A stretch of DNA of 64,000 nucleotides from Endozoicomonas sp. (GTDB taxonomy: Bacteria; Pseudomonadota; Gammaproteobacteria; Pseudomonadales; Endozoicomonadaceae). The notes beneath the pieces were generated by a model that was given only the letters and a program-made list of their open reading frames with translations, searched no databases and was not told the DNA's origin. Location of the stretch: assembly GCA_965261315.1 (NCBI GenBank), contig CBDHDM010000044.1, forward strand, positions 22,495-86,494. The letters are read 5' to 3'. Shown here piece after piece: positions 31,728 through 42,052 of the stretch. The translations under genes and the position numbers were made by a program. Every line of letters starts with the position of its first letter. The first letter of the stretch is position 1.

Positions 31728-33122
31728 ATGAACTCATTGCTGACAAGGACTGTTTTAGCAGCAACGCTTCTAATACCGGCCTTTATTTCACAGGCTGAGG
31801 TGGATAATTACAGACTGCTTTTACAACGAACTGATCGCGTAATTGTTCACTTCAAAGAAAAACCGACAGAAGCCAGAGCATTAGCGTTTATTAAGCAGGG
31901 TGTCACCCATGGTGGCTACGGAGTTGCTGCTGGAAAAAGCCAGGAAGTGCTTGAAATCGGAGCGACTCTGGATCTTGAAGAGGTGAAAATACTGGCAAAA
32001 GGGCTAGAGGATGACCCCCAGGTTGAGTTTGCCGAACCCGATCTTGTCATGCAGACCATGAGGGTTCCCAATGACCCTCTTTATAACGAGCAGTGGCATT
32101 ACTTTGAAGTCAAAGCCGGTATTAATCTTCCGGCAGCCTGGGAGATATCCATTGGCAATGCCAACAATGTGATTGGGGTTGTGGATACCGGTATTACTGA
32201 TCACAAAGAGATTAATGACAGACTTGTACCTGGCTATGACTTTGTCTCAGATCCCTGGATGGCCAATGACGGTGATGGCTGGGATGAAAACCCTCAGGAC
32301 CCCGGGAATTCTCTGCAACCAGGTGCCTGTGGAACCTCATTCGGCAACCCGATTCCCGCTAATGCGCAGAAGAGCAGCTGGCATGGCACTCATGTTGCCG
32401 GCACGATCGCAGCTAAAACCAATGATAATACGGGTGTTTCCGGGGTAACCTGGCTCTCCAGAGTGCAACCTCTAAGAGCTCTCGGGCGTTGTGGTGGCTA
32501 TACATCCGACATTGTCTCAGCCACGCGATGGGCTGCAGGACTGAAAGTGTATGGGCTCCCGATAAACCCTAACCCGGTCAAGGTGATTAATCTAAGTCTT
32601 GGCGGGACCGCACTCTGGTGCCCCCAAACCTACCAGGACGCCATTGATGAGATTGTTGATGCTGGTGTCACAATCGTGGTTGCAGCAGGTAATGAGCAAC
32701 ATAATGTCGCCTTGAGCACTCCGGCAAACTGTAAAAATGTCATTGTCGTAGGAGCCGTCAACCGCACGGGTAACCGAAGCTGGTACTCAAACTATGGCAC
32801 TGGCATAGATATTATGGCACCAGGCGGTGAAACACACTTCCCTGGCAATGGCATCTTATCTCTATATAACTCCGGGCTTAAGTCACCAAAAAATGGATCT
32901 TACACTGAATTACAGGGCACCAGCATGGCAACGCCACATATTGCAGGACTTATCGACCTGAGCTACGCAGTAAACCCTTCTTTGACACCCGGTGAGCGTA
33001 GAAAATTATTAATGGAGACTGCCAGACCATTCGCATCTGACAGTAATTGCACCACATTTCGGTGTGGCGCAGGCATTGCTGACGCAGGCTCTTTTCTGAG
33101 AGCTGTACAGAATGCCCAATAA
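31728..33122 (+). CDS. S8 subtilisin-like serine protease
   Basis: VVDTG, HGTHVAGTI, AAGN, GTSMATPH catalytic motifs; signal peptide and prodomain. Confidence 0.95.
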   Translation: MNSLLTRTVLAATLLIPAFISQAEVDNYRLLLQRTDRVIVHFKEKPTEARALAFIKQGVTHGGYGVAAGKSQEVLEIGATLDLEEVKILAKGLEDDPQVEFAEPDLVMQTMRVPNDPLYNEQWHYFEVKAGINLPAAWEISIGNANNVIGVVDTGITDHKEINDRLVPGYDFVSDPWMANDGDGWDENPQDPGNSLQPGACGTSFGNPIPANAQKSSWHGTHVAGTIAAKTNDNTGVSGVTWLSRVQPLRALGRCGGYTSDIVSATRWAAGLKVYGLPINPNPVKVINLSLGGTALWCPQTYQDAIDEIVDAGVTIVVAAGNEQHNVALSTPANCKNVIVVGAVNRTGNRSWYSNYGTGIDIMAPGGETHFPGNGILSLYNSGLKSPKNGSYTELQGTSMATPHIAGLIDLSYAVNPSLTPGERRKLLMETARPFASDSNCTTFRCGAGIADAGSFLRAVQNAQ

Positions 33123-33243
33123 AAACATTCACCATCTCCCTGAAATTCAGCTAGGTTTTTAATAAGGGATAACAAGATAAAGTTAATATTGCATGACTTA
33201 TCAATTAAACGGGAAATGATGCAATATTTTAAGAGAAGAAAGA

Positions 33244-35421
33244 ATGATTCAGCAGTGCTTCTTTTTTCTTATAGAAATCCAATGGAGTGGAGCTTTGAAA
33301 CAACCCCATAATTCACTGCTGCTGGCCGGTATTTTTTCCTCTCTCATTATTCCTGTGAATCTCCAGGCTGATTCCGATACAGACAACATGGACGACGCCC
33401 TATTGGATCTCAGCCTCGAAGAACTGATTTCACTGGACGTACCAGACGTCACCTCAGTATCCAAAAGAAAGCAACGACTGATGGACTCTCCTGCTGCGGT
33501 TTTTGTCATTACCAATGAAGATATCCAGCGCTCAGGCGTCACTTCCATACCGGAAGCATTAAGGATGGTTCCGGGAATACAGGTAGCCCGACTAAATGGA
33601 AATACCTGGTCAATCAGTACCCGAGGCTTTAATTACATTTTTGCCAACAAACTGCTGGTTCTGATTGATGGGCGAACCGTCTACTCCCCCCTGTTCTCTG
33701 GAGTAAACTGGGACGTTCAGGACACCATGTTGGAAGATATTGCCCGAATTGAGGTTATTCGAGGCCCAGGGGCCGCCTTATGGGGAGCCAATGCCGTTAA
33801 CGGTGTTATCAATATAATTACCAAACATTCTGCTGATACTCAGGGTGGCCTGCTATCGACAGGGTTTGGCTCAGAAGAAAAAGCTTTTGCTGCGTATCGC
33901 TACGGTGGAGAGCTTGGGGATGATGGTTATTATCGGGCCTTCTTCAAAACCTTCAACCGTGATGGTCTGGCTAACTCCGATGGTTCTGACGCCAATGATG
34001 ACTGGAAAATAAACCGTGCAGGCCTTCGTGCAGACTGGCGAACGGAAACCGGGGCAGAGGCGTCTATACAAGGTGAAATTTATGATGGAACAACCAGGCC
34101 TCCTTTAAAATTATTTAATTACTATGGCAACCTGGAAAAGAAAACCATTGTTGACCTAAGTAGAGACCAGCAAGGTGGGCACCTAATTGGTAATTATAAG
34201 AAGTATTACAATGATGGCAGTAATTTTTCACTCAAAGGTTACTACGACCGCTATGAAAATTACGACTACCGGGTAACTGAAAAGAGAGATATTGGGGACT
34301 TTGAGTTTCAACATCAAATACTACCCTGGGAAAATCACGACATTATCTGGGGGCTTGGCTACCGGCTGACAAAATATAATCTGAGTGACATGAATAATAT
34401 TACAATGCCTCAGACAAGCCGAACCGACGAGTTATACAGTGCTTTTATTCAAGACCATATAACGCTGTCACCTGACTGGAGTCTTGCATTAAGTTCCCGG
34501 TTTGAACATAACGATTTTACCGGTTATGAAATTCAGCCAAACGCCAAAGTAACTTGGAAAGCAACAGAAAACAGAACTTTTTGGGGATCACTGTCAAGAG
34601 CTGTAAAAACGCCTTCGATTAGTGAAACGGCTGTAACAACCAGAGGCATTAATTTCCTGACAGATGATTTAATAAACGCTCAACTGGCTTCAATCACCGG
34701 CGATCCCTACTTGATGAGCATCTCTGGTAATGAAGATCTTGACTCAGAGAAGCTAACAGCACTTGAATTAGGCTACCGCGAAATTTTCAACAACAACTTT
34801 CGCATTGGTTTCACCGCTTTCTATAATGAGTACAAAGATATTCTGGCCTATATCAGTGGAGGTAACTGCCTTTCGGGTACCACTCTGACATCCGTCGCAA
34901 CCATTCCACTTTGTGTTGTTGATGGCAGTCCTGGCTTCCCAGATCAGATTATTGAATTTCCTACCACACTCGCGAACGGCGTTGATGCAAAAACCTATGG
35001 CTTTGAAGTCGTTGCAGACTGGCAGGTTAAAGATTGGTGGAAGCTCCAGGCAAACTTCAGCACATTGCAGGTTGATGCAAAAGCCCAGGAAAATGAGCTA
35101 TACCGAAAAGAAAATGAAATTTTAATCGAAGAGTTAAGCGCTTCTAACACTGCAAACTTTAGATCCAGTATGAATTTACCCAACCAGTGGTATCTGGACT
35201 TCTGGGTTCGCTATATGGATAACCTTAAGAATGCACAAGTCAGAGCCTATACCGCTCTGGATTTCAGAGTTGCAAAAAAAATTGGGGAAGATCTTGAGCT
35301 ATCACTGACTGGAAAAAACCTGTTTGACAAGCAGCGGCTTGAGTTCAGTGAAATTTTCAGTGGTCTTGAAGCAACGGAGGTACAGGAATCCTGGTACCTT
35401 CAGTTGCGCTGGCAACATTAA
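33244..35421 (+). CDS. TonB-dependent receptor
   Basis: LSLEELISL, VTSVSK, plug LVLIDGR...IEVIRGPGAALWGANAVNGVINIITK, beta-barrel C-terminus; true start may be TTG 33295. Confidence 0.93.
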   Translation: MIQQCFFFLIEIQWSGALKQPHNSLLLAGIFSSLIIPVNLQADSDTDNMDDALLDLSLEELISLDVPDVTSVSKRKQRLMDSPAAVFVITNEDIQRSGVTSIPEALRMVPGIQVARLNGNTWSISTRGFNYIFANKLLVLIDGRTVYSPLFSGVNWDVQDTMLEDIARIEVIRGPGAALWGANAVNGVINIITKHSADTQGGLLSTGFGSEEKAFAAYRYGGELGDDGYYRAFFKTFNRDGLANSDGSDANDDWKINRAGLRADWRTETGAEASIQGEIYDGTTRPPLKLFNYYGNLEKKTIVDLSRDQQGGHLIGNYKKYYNDGSNFSLKGYYDRYENYDYRVTEKRDIGDFEFQHQILPWENHDIIWGLGYRLTKYNLSDMNNITMPQTSRTDELYSAFIQDHITLSPDWSLALSSRFEHNDFTGYEIQPNAKVTWKATENRTFWGSLSRAVKTPSISETAVTTRGINFLTDDLINAQLASITGDPYLMSISGNEDLDSEKLTALELGYREIFNNNFRIGFTAFYNEYKDILAYISGGNCLSGTTLTSVATIPLCVVDGSPGFPDQIIEFPTTLANGVDAKTYGFEVVADWQVKDWWKLQANFSTLQVDAKAQENELYRKENEILIEELSASNTANFRSSMNLPNQWYLDFWVRYMDNLKNAQVRAYTALDFRVAKKIGEDLELSLTGKNLFDKQRLEFSEIFSGLEATEVQESWYLQLRWQH

Positions 35422-35441
35422 TCGGATGGGGAGATGACTTC

Positions 35442-35972
35442 ATGCCGATAATCACAAGAACGTATGTAATACTGGCAATAGTTTTACTTAGTTGCTTAAA
35501 TATTATCGAATCAGAAGCCAGTGATGTTACCAAGGCTGATAAAGTTAAAGCTGCCATTGTCTATAAATTAACAAAGTTTATTACCTGGCCTGAAAAAAGA
35601 CAGACTCTGGCGTTATGCATTATTGGTAGCGGAGCCATAAACAATGAACTATTAAAAATCAATCACAAGTTCAGCATGGGCCGACGTATTTCAGTAACTC
35701 ACAAAACACCGACCGCCCCTTTGGAAAAGTTATGTGACATGGTTTACATCCATAATACAAAAATGGATCGCATATCAGAGGTTATAAATAAATTACAGAA
35801 CAAGCCTGTAGTGACAATTAGTGACAGCGAAAACTTTGTCTATCAAGGGGGGCTCATAGGACTATTTCGTACTGCCAGTCGTATTCGCTTTGCCATTAGC
35901 CACAGCGCCACCAGAAGTGCAGGGATTTCAATTAGCTCCCAGCTCATGGGGCTGGCCAAGACTGTTAAATAA
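35442..35972 (+). CDS. YfiR/DUF4154 family periplasmic protein
   Basis: [26 protein letters not shown]...[20 protein letters not shown]. Confidence 0.88.
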   Translation: MPIITRTYVILAIVLLSCLNIIESEASDVTKADKVKAAIVYKLTKFITWPEKRQTLALCIIGSGAINNELLKINHKFSMGRRISVTHKTPTAPLEKLCDMVYIHNTKMDRISEVINKLQNKPVVTISDSENFVYQGGLIGLFRTASRIRFAISHSATRSAGISISSQLMGLAKTVK

Positions 35973-35977
35973 CGACG

Positions 35978-38794
35978 ATGGTCACCTTTAAAAACCTTCC
36001 GATTAAAAAGAAGCTACGATACGCCATGCTGATGACGGCGTATTCTGTCCTGTTGGTAACCTTAAGCGTACAAACCGTCAGCGAATATATGCACTCGCGA
36101 TCACTGCTGGTCAGTAAGCTTGAAACACTGGTCGAGGTTATTGGAGCCAATGCCCAGGCTGCATTAATGTTTGAAGACACTGTTTCCGCAGAGCAACTTC
36201 TCAATGGCTTTTCCAATACCGATGAAATTGAGGCGGCTTATCTCTTAAGCGCTGCAGGAGAACGGGTTGCCGCTTATCATCGAGATAAAAAGCAGCCTTG
36301 GGCCTTTACTCTGGAAGAGCTAAACCAACCAGTTACACTGTTCAGCAAGGCAAAATTACACCTCTACCGCCCTATTAGCATGGATGGCCAATTCATTGGT
36401 GCAATCTATGTTCAGTCGAACCTTAATGAACTCTATCTTCATCTCACTCACATTCTATTCTTGGTTCTTATTGCTGCATTGATTTCTGTTGTACTGGCAG
36501 CAATGCTGAGTTCACGCCTGCAAAGACTCCTTGCTCGCCCCATTACTGAGCTGGCTGATACCATCAGCGAAATTACTGAATATCAGCAATACGATCGGCA
36601 TGTTCAGAAATTTGATAATGATGAGATTGGACAACTCTATGACTGTTTCAACGATATGTTAATGCAGATCAAAGAGCGAGACGATCGACTCCAGCAGAAC
36701 AGGGGAACTCTGGAAGCAACCGTTGCAAATCGTACTCGTGAATTGAAAATGGCCAACCGGGATTTAAAAGAAAATCTTACCCAGCTCAATGAGGCCAAAG
36801 AAGCCGCCCTGGATGCCGCAAAAGCCAAAAGCTCCTTCCTGGCAAATATGAGCCACGAAATCCGCACACCCATGAACGGTGTACTTGGCATGCTGGAATT
36901 GATGAAAGACACCCCTCTCACCAAAACACAAAGTGACTTTCTGAATACAGCTTATTCGTCTGCTGACTCTCTACTTTCCATCATTAACGACATTCTGGAC
37001 TTTTCGAAAATTGAAGCTGGCAAGATGTCTATTGAGAAAATTGATGTTTCTGTCAGAGATATTGTTGAGGATGTCTGTACATTACTGGCAGGCTCAGCCA
37101 GAGAAAAGGAGTTGGAGCTTAGCTGCTATACCGATGTAGACCTACCCAGGGCACTAAAAGGTGATTCTGTAAGGTTGAGACAGGTACTGACTAACCTGAT
37201 TGGTAATGCGGTTAAGTTCACCGAAGAAGGAGAAGTCAGCGTTAAGGTTAACCTTATTGAACGATCACAGACTTCTGCACAAGTTGAGTTCTCTGTAGAA
37301 GATACCGGTATAGGTATTGCCGAAGACATTCTTCCTACACTGTTCAATGAGTTCACTCAGGCTGATGGCAGTACCACCCGGAAATTTGGCGGCACCGGGC
37401 TTGGTCTTACCATCTCCAGGCAGCTGGTTGAGTTAATGGGAGGAAATATTACTGTCGTTAGCGCTGAAGGACTCGGTTCAACATTCACGTTCATTCTTGA
37501 AATGGAGATATCCCAGAACAAACACATACAAAGGTCTCAGGTATTTCATGTGCTTGACGGGATAAAGGCGCTGGTCGTTGATGATAACAAAACCAATCGG
37601 GAAATCCTTCGTCACTATCTGACTGCCTGGGGTATAGAGCACAGTGAATCATCAACGGTCAAAGATGCTCTTCAGCAACTGAGAAAATCTTACAGCAATA
37701 ACCAGCCCTTTGAGCTTGTCTTTCTGGATATGGACATGCCAGAAATGGACGGTCTGGAACTTTCTAAAATAATCGAACAAGACCTCGACTTAAAATCCAC
37801 CCGTAGAATAATGCTCAGCTCAACTGGCTTTATTTCCCAGGAGCAACAGGAAGAAGCTGGTATTTCCGCATGCCTGAGCAAACCATTCAGGCAATCCAGA
37901 TTACTGGACACCACAATGCAGGTTATGCACTACCATCATACAAATCAGCAACAGGATGGAATGGCAGACCGACTTGAACTGGAAACGACCGTGTTCTCAG
38001 AGAGTATTCAAATATTACTGGTAGAAGACAATGTGGTGAATCAGAAAGTTGCGATCAGTATGTTGAAAAAAATTGGTTTAAACCATATCGATTTAGCAGA
38101 AGATGGGCGAGAAGCCGTCGACATGAGCAGTAATCAAACTTACGACCTGATTCTCATGGACTGCCAAATGCCAGAGATGAGCGGATATGAAGCCACAAGT
38201 CTTATTCGACAAAGAGAGAAAGATCAGCAGTTACCAAAAATACCGATCATTGCCATGACTGCAAATGCGATGGCAGAAGACCGGGAGAAGTGTCTTGCAG
38301 CTGGTATGGATGATTATCTGAGCAAACCTGTCAAAATTGATAACCTCAAGAAAAGACTTGAACACTGGCTTATTCATGACAGTCTGCCACAGGAAATTGC
38401 TCGTGCAGTTACTGAAAATGAAAAAACACATGACACTGACAGCAAACCGGATCAATCAAAACAGCACCCATTAATAGACCAATCCATGTTCACTTCTCTT
38501 AAAGAGCTGATGGAAGAAGAGTTCCCTGCGCTGATTAACAGTTATATCGAAGATGCTCCGAAGCTTATGGAGGATATCCAGTCCTCCTCTAAAGATGCAG
38601 ATATTGAAGTTCTGATAAGAGCGGCTCATACACTCAAATCAAGCAGTAATAACCTCGGAGCAACACAGCTGGCAATGATCGCCGCAGAGATTGAAAAGGA
38701 AGGACAAGCCAACAAACTCAATGAAGCCTCAGCACTTATCCCCTCTTTAAAGTCTACGCTTGATGAGACAATCAAAGCCCTGAGAGGGCCTTAA
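35978..38794 (+). CDS. Hybrid sensor histidine kinase (YfiN-like periplasmic domain, HAMP, HisKA, HATPase, 2 REC, HPt)
   Basis: [55 protein letters not shown]. Confidence 0.95.
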   Translation: MVTFKNLPIKKKLRYAMLMTAYSVLLVTLSVQTVSEYMHSRSLLVSKLETLVEVIGANAQAALMFEDTVSAEQLLNGFSNTDEIEAAYLLSAAGERVAAYHRDKKQPWAFTLEELNQPVTLFSKAKLHLYRPISMDGQFIGAIYVQSNLNELYLHLTHILFLVLIAALISVVLAAMLSSRLQRLLARPITELADTISEITEYQQYDRHVQKFDNDEIGQLYDCFNDMLMQIKERDDRLQQNRGTLEATVANRTRELKMANRDLKENLTQLNEAKEAALDAAKAKSSFLANMSHEIRTPMNGVLGMLELMKDTPLTKTQSDFLNTAYSSADSLLSIINDILDFSKIEAGKMSIEKIDVSVRDIVEDVCTLLAGSAREKELELSCYTDVDLPRALKGDSVRLRQVLTNLIGNAVKFTEEGEVSVKVNLIERSQTSAQVEFSVEDTGIGIAEDILPTLFNEFTQADGSTTRKFGGTGLGLTISRQLVELMGGNITVVSAEGLGSTFTFILEMEISQNKHIQRSQVFHVLDGIKALVVDDNKTNREILRHYLTAWGIEHSESSTVKDALQQLRKSYSNNQPFELVFLDMDMPEMDGLELSKIIEQDLDLKSTRRIMLSSTGFISQEQQEEAGISACLSKPFRQSRLLDTTMQVMHYHHTNQQQDGMADRLELETTVFSESIQILLVEDNVVNQKVAISMLKKIGLNHIDLAEDGREAVDMSSNQTYDLILMDCQMPEMSGYEATSLIRQREKDQQLPKIPIIAMTANAMAEDREKCLAAGMDDYLSKPVKIDNLKKRLEHWLIHDSLPQEIARAVTENEKTHDTDSKPDQSKQHPLIDQSMFTSLKELMEEEFPALINSYIEDAPKLMEDIQSSSKDADIEVLIRAAHTLKSSSNNLGATQLAMIAAEIEKEGQANKLNEASALIPSLKSTLDETIKALRGP

Positions 38795-38826
38795 AATTGA
38801 AACTGAAAAGCAAACATCCGCAAGTT

Positions 38827-39492
38827 CTAGCGCAGATGGCTATAAAATGAATCTACCCATACATCAATCACAGGCTTAAACTCATCCGCTGAACTTTCAC
38901 GGAAGTCATTCATGTCAATGGGGCCATATTGAACACCTCCAACCAGTGCCACGACCTGTTCTCCTGTCTGGCTATCTACCAGTTCTCCCTCTTCAATGAT
39001 ATTGAGTAGCTTATCCCTGACCCCTGCAAGTTCACCAACGCCGTTAATTACCAATCCCCATGGCAGAAACTGGTAAAACTCAAGCGCCTTCATCCCAAGC
39101 TCACCACCGGTTATCGCCACTCTCAAACGTAATGTTTCAGGTCCCGGTTGGTCAGTAATGGTATATTTCAGCTTAAGGCGTTCTGTCAGCCTTTGCGTAA
39201 AGTAGGTCTGCAATTGGTTGTAGCGTTCAGGCTTAACTTGCCAGTCTTTTCGGACGTCATCACTGATATGTACAATCACTGGCTCAATAATCACCTTTTC
39301 ATAGCGACGCATTTTCCAGCGTCTGGCGTGATAGCCAAGAAATTGTGATTTTTCTCGCACCTCTAACGGCTTCAATCTTGAATAATCCGAAAGAAAACCA
39401 CTGTGTTGCTCCGAAACGTTTGGTCCACTAGCACAACCTGCCAACAACGTAGCCACCAGAATCATTGGCAAGGCCAACCATACTTTCATCAC
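38827..39492 (-). CDS. DUF3313-like lipoprotein
   Basis: Lipobox LAGC, SGFLSDYSRL, TLRLRVAIT, EGELVDSQTGE. Confidence 0.8.
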   Translation of the reverse strand: MMKVWLALPMILVATLLAGCASGPNVSEQHSGFLSDYSRLKPLEVREKSQFLGYHARRWKMRRYEKVIIEPVIVHISDDVRKDWQVKPERYNQLQTYFTQRLTERLKLKYTITDQPGPETLRLRVAITGGELGMKALEFYQFLPWGLVINGVGELAGVRDKLLNIIEEGELVDSQTGEQVVALVGGVQYGPIDMNDFRESSADEFKPVIDVWVDSFYSHLR

Positions 39493-39571
39493 TCCCCCCT
39501 GGAATCAGCTTTTAATTTATTGAACAACAGGAAAGCATAGACTGGCCTTCAGCGACAATACGTCGTTATGA

Positions 39572-41287
39572 CTACAACTGGCTACGATCAAACCACTTCA
39601 CTCCCCCAATCCAGGTTTGTGTTACCTTGATATCCTGCAGGTGCTCCGAAGCAGTCAGTGGATTCTCTTCAAGAATCGCAAAGTCAGCAAATTTCCCGGG
39701 CTCAATTGACCCTCTATTGTCTTCCTGAAACACCTGCCAAGCTGCATCAATGGTTAGCGCCTTTAGTGCAGTATCAATACTAATTTTCTGTTTTTTTCCT
39801 AATTCCTTGCCACTGGATGTTTTTCGTTCAACAGCATTAGCGACAAGAAGCATCGGATCAATGGGTACCACGGGGGTGTCTGTATGCATAGTAAATCGCA
39901 CCCCAGCCTTTTCTGCTGATTTCATAGGGCTGATGTTTTCAGCACGTTCGGCACCCATGAAAATATTGAAGTGGCGGTCGCCCCAATAATAAATATGAGC
40001 AGGGAAAAAGCTTGGAGTAAGACCCAGCCCTCCTGCTTTATCCAGTTGTTCATCAGTCATCATTTGGGCATGGACAATAATGTGTCGAGGATCACTTCTT
40101 GGAGAATTCTGCTGAGCTTCACCAACACTCTTAATGACCATATCAATAGCAGCATCTCCATTAGCATGTATTGCCAGTTGGCGACCACTGGCATGCCAGC
40201 GAGTAACAATATCCTGAAGCTTTTCCGGGATCATGGTTGGATACCCCCGATAGTCCGCATGCTGGTGAAGTGCCTGCAGATGATATGGTTCTTTTAGAAA
40301 ACCTGTATAGCCCTGAATGGAGCCGTCAGATACCAACTTTAGCGCACCAACTGATAGCCGTTCATTATTAGTAGTTTCTACTGCACCATCCAGAATACTT
40401 TCAGCCATGGTAATGTCAGGCCATATCACTAACCGCTGAGGAAAAAAACCAAATCTGGCAGCAAAGGCTAAAGGCTTCCATTTATCGATATTGGTAAGGC
40501 CACTCTGAACTGTCGTTACCCCTTTTTCCAGATAATCCTGCTGGCTCTTTTGAAGCATCTGAGCCACCCTTTTTAAAGAGAGGTTCAAAGCATTGGCAAC
40601 GACAGGATCCTGCGCCTTTTCCTTAAGAAGTCCGGTAATTTCGCCTTCACTGTCTCTTGCAATTTCACCTCCTGTTGGATTTTGGCTCTCATTTGTAATC
40701 CCCATGATTTCCAGGCCTAGCGCATTAACCATGATCATATGACCAGAAATATGCATCACCGCCACAGGATGATTGCGTGAAACCTGATCAAGATCTTCTT
40801 TGGTTAGAAAACGCTTCTCCATAATCATGGTGTCATCAAAGCCAAAGCCAATTATCCACTCACCCTCAGGTATTGAGTCACCCTTATCCTTCAGCCTTGT
40901 TATCGCTTTACTAATAGATAGCGTTGTCCCGATTGGGGGACTATTCAAATCTACAGCAACCGCACTTAATCCACTGCCTGGAAAGTGGCCGTGAGCTTCG
41001 ATAAATCCAGGCAGAAGTGTTTTTCCCTTGAGGTCAATAAGCTCAGCATCTGGAGAGGCTTGGCGTAATACGGCCTCCTCAGAACCAACTGCAATAATAA
41101 TTCCTTTCTCAACCAGTACCGCTTCTGCAACAGAGCTACCCTCATCCATTGTAAGCACCGTTGAATTCAGAAATACCTGTTGATCTGGAGGGGAAGGATT
41201 TAACTGATACCAAACAAAGTAGATACCTGCACCTAGTAAAAAAAACAGTGTCAGGAAAGCAAGAAGAACTCGACGTACGACAAGCAT
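39572..41287 (-). CDS. Amidohydrolase 3 family (YtcJ-like)
   Basis: PGFIEAHGH, DGSIQGYTG, HANGDAA, GSIEPGKFADF; N-terminal TM. Confidence 0.9.
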   Translation of the reverse strand: MLVVRRVLLAFLTLFFLLGAGIYFVWYQLNPSPPDQQVFLNSTVLTMDEGSSVAEAVLVEKGIIIAVGSEEAVLRQASPDAELIDLKGKTLLPGFIEAHGHFPGSGLSAVAVDLNSPPIGTTLSISKAITRLKDKGDSIPEGEWIIGFGFDDTMIMEKRFLTKEDLDQVSRNHPVAVMHISGHMIMVNALGLEIMGITNESQNPTGGEIARDSEGEITGLLKEKAQDPVVANALNLSLKRVAQMLQKSQQDYLEKGVTTVQSGLTNIDKWKPLAFAARFGFFPQRLVIWPDITMAESILDGAVETTNNERLSVGALKLVSDGSIQGYTGFLKEPYHLQALHQHADYRGYPTMIPEKLQDIVTRWHASGRQLAIHANGDAAIDMVIKSVGEAQQNSPRSDPRHIIVHAQMMTDEQLDKAGGLGLTPSFFPAHIYYWGDRHFNIFMGAERAENISPMKSAEKAGVRFTMHTDTPVVPIDPMLLVANAVERKTSSGKELGKKQKISIDTALKALTIDAAWQVFQEDNRGSIEPGKFADFAILEENPLTASEHLQDIKVTQTWIGGVKWFDRSQL

Positions 41288-41500
41288 GAAAGCCCCCTTT
41301 TTCCTTATTATTTATCTAAGTTTTTTCTATGACAGAATTCGGTTTGGCGACAGTTTGCAAGGGATTAAGGCACAAAGCAATAAATTAACATCGTCGTACG
41401 CTTTAGCTCTGGAGGTTATCGCAAAACTATCAGAATGTAATGGTAAGTATCATAGTAACCTACAATGCAGCTAATGCTATTTAAGATAGAAGGTAGCTCT

Positions 41501-41881
41501 ATGGATATACTTTTATTTCTGCTGGTACAAATAGTAATTCTGGCTATTTATGGATTCATTATCTTTATCTCCGCTCGTCTCCTTTCTGGTGTTGAGATTG
41601 AGAGTTACAAAATTGCCTTTATTGTGGCTTTGGTTCTTACCTGTTTAAACCTTTTAGTCAAGCCTATTCTGGTTGTAATGACATTACCCATAACGATGCT
41701 GACGCTTGGTTTATTCACCTGGGTAATCAATGCCCTGATTCTGATTTTTGCCAGCAAGCTGGTTGATGGGTTCCATATAAAAAACTTTGGATGGGCAATG
41801 TTAATGAGCCTGGTAATGGGTGTGTTCAAGATACTCGCTACACTCCCATTTCCCGATATTTTATTATTTTCCATATCATAG
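41501..41881 (+). CDS. Phage-holin-family (YvlD-like) membrane protein
   Basis: NLLVKPIL..TLPITMLTLGLFTWVINA. Confidence 0.85.
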   Translation: MDILLFLLVQIVILAIYGFIIFISARLLSGVEIESYKIAFIVALVLTCLNLLVKPILVVMTLPITMLTLGLFTWVINALILIFASKLVDGFHIKNFGWAMLMSLVMGVFKILATLPFPDILLFSIS

Positions 41882-42052
41882 AGAAATCTCGGTTACTTGC
41901 TGTCAGAGTTTTCAAATAAGCCGATGACCTGCTCTCACGGGAACACCCCACATGACCACCATGGATGGTGGAAGTGCCAATAAATTTAATGTCATGAAAG
42001 ATACTTGGTATCATTGCCTGTCCGGTTATCAGTTTCTCAAACAGGTTTAAGC

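Noticed and set aside
41501..41881. Prophage suggested by the holin-family gene
   Set aside because: YvlD-like genes are commonly chromosomal; no phage genes, integrase or att sites nearby.
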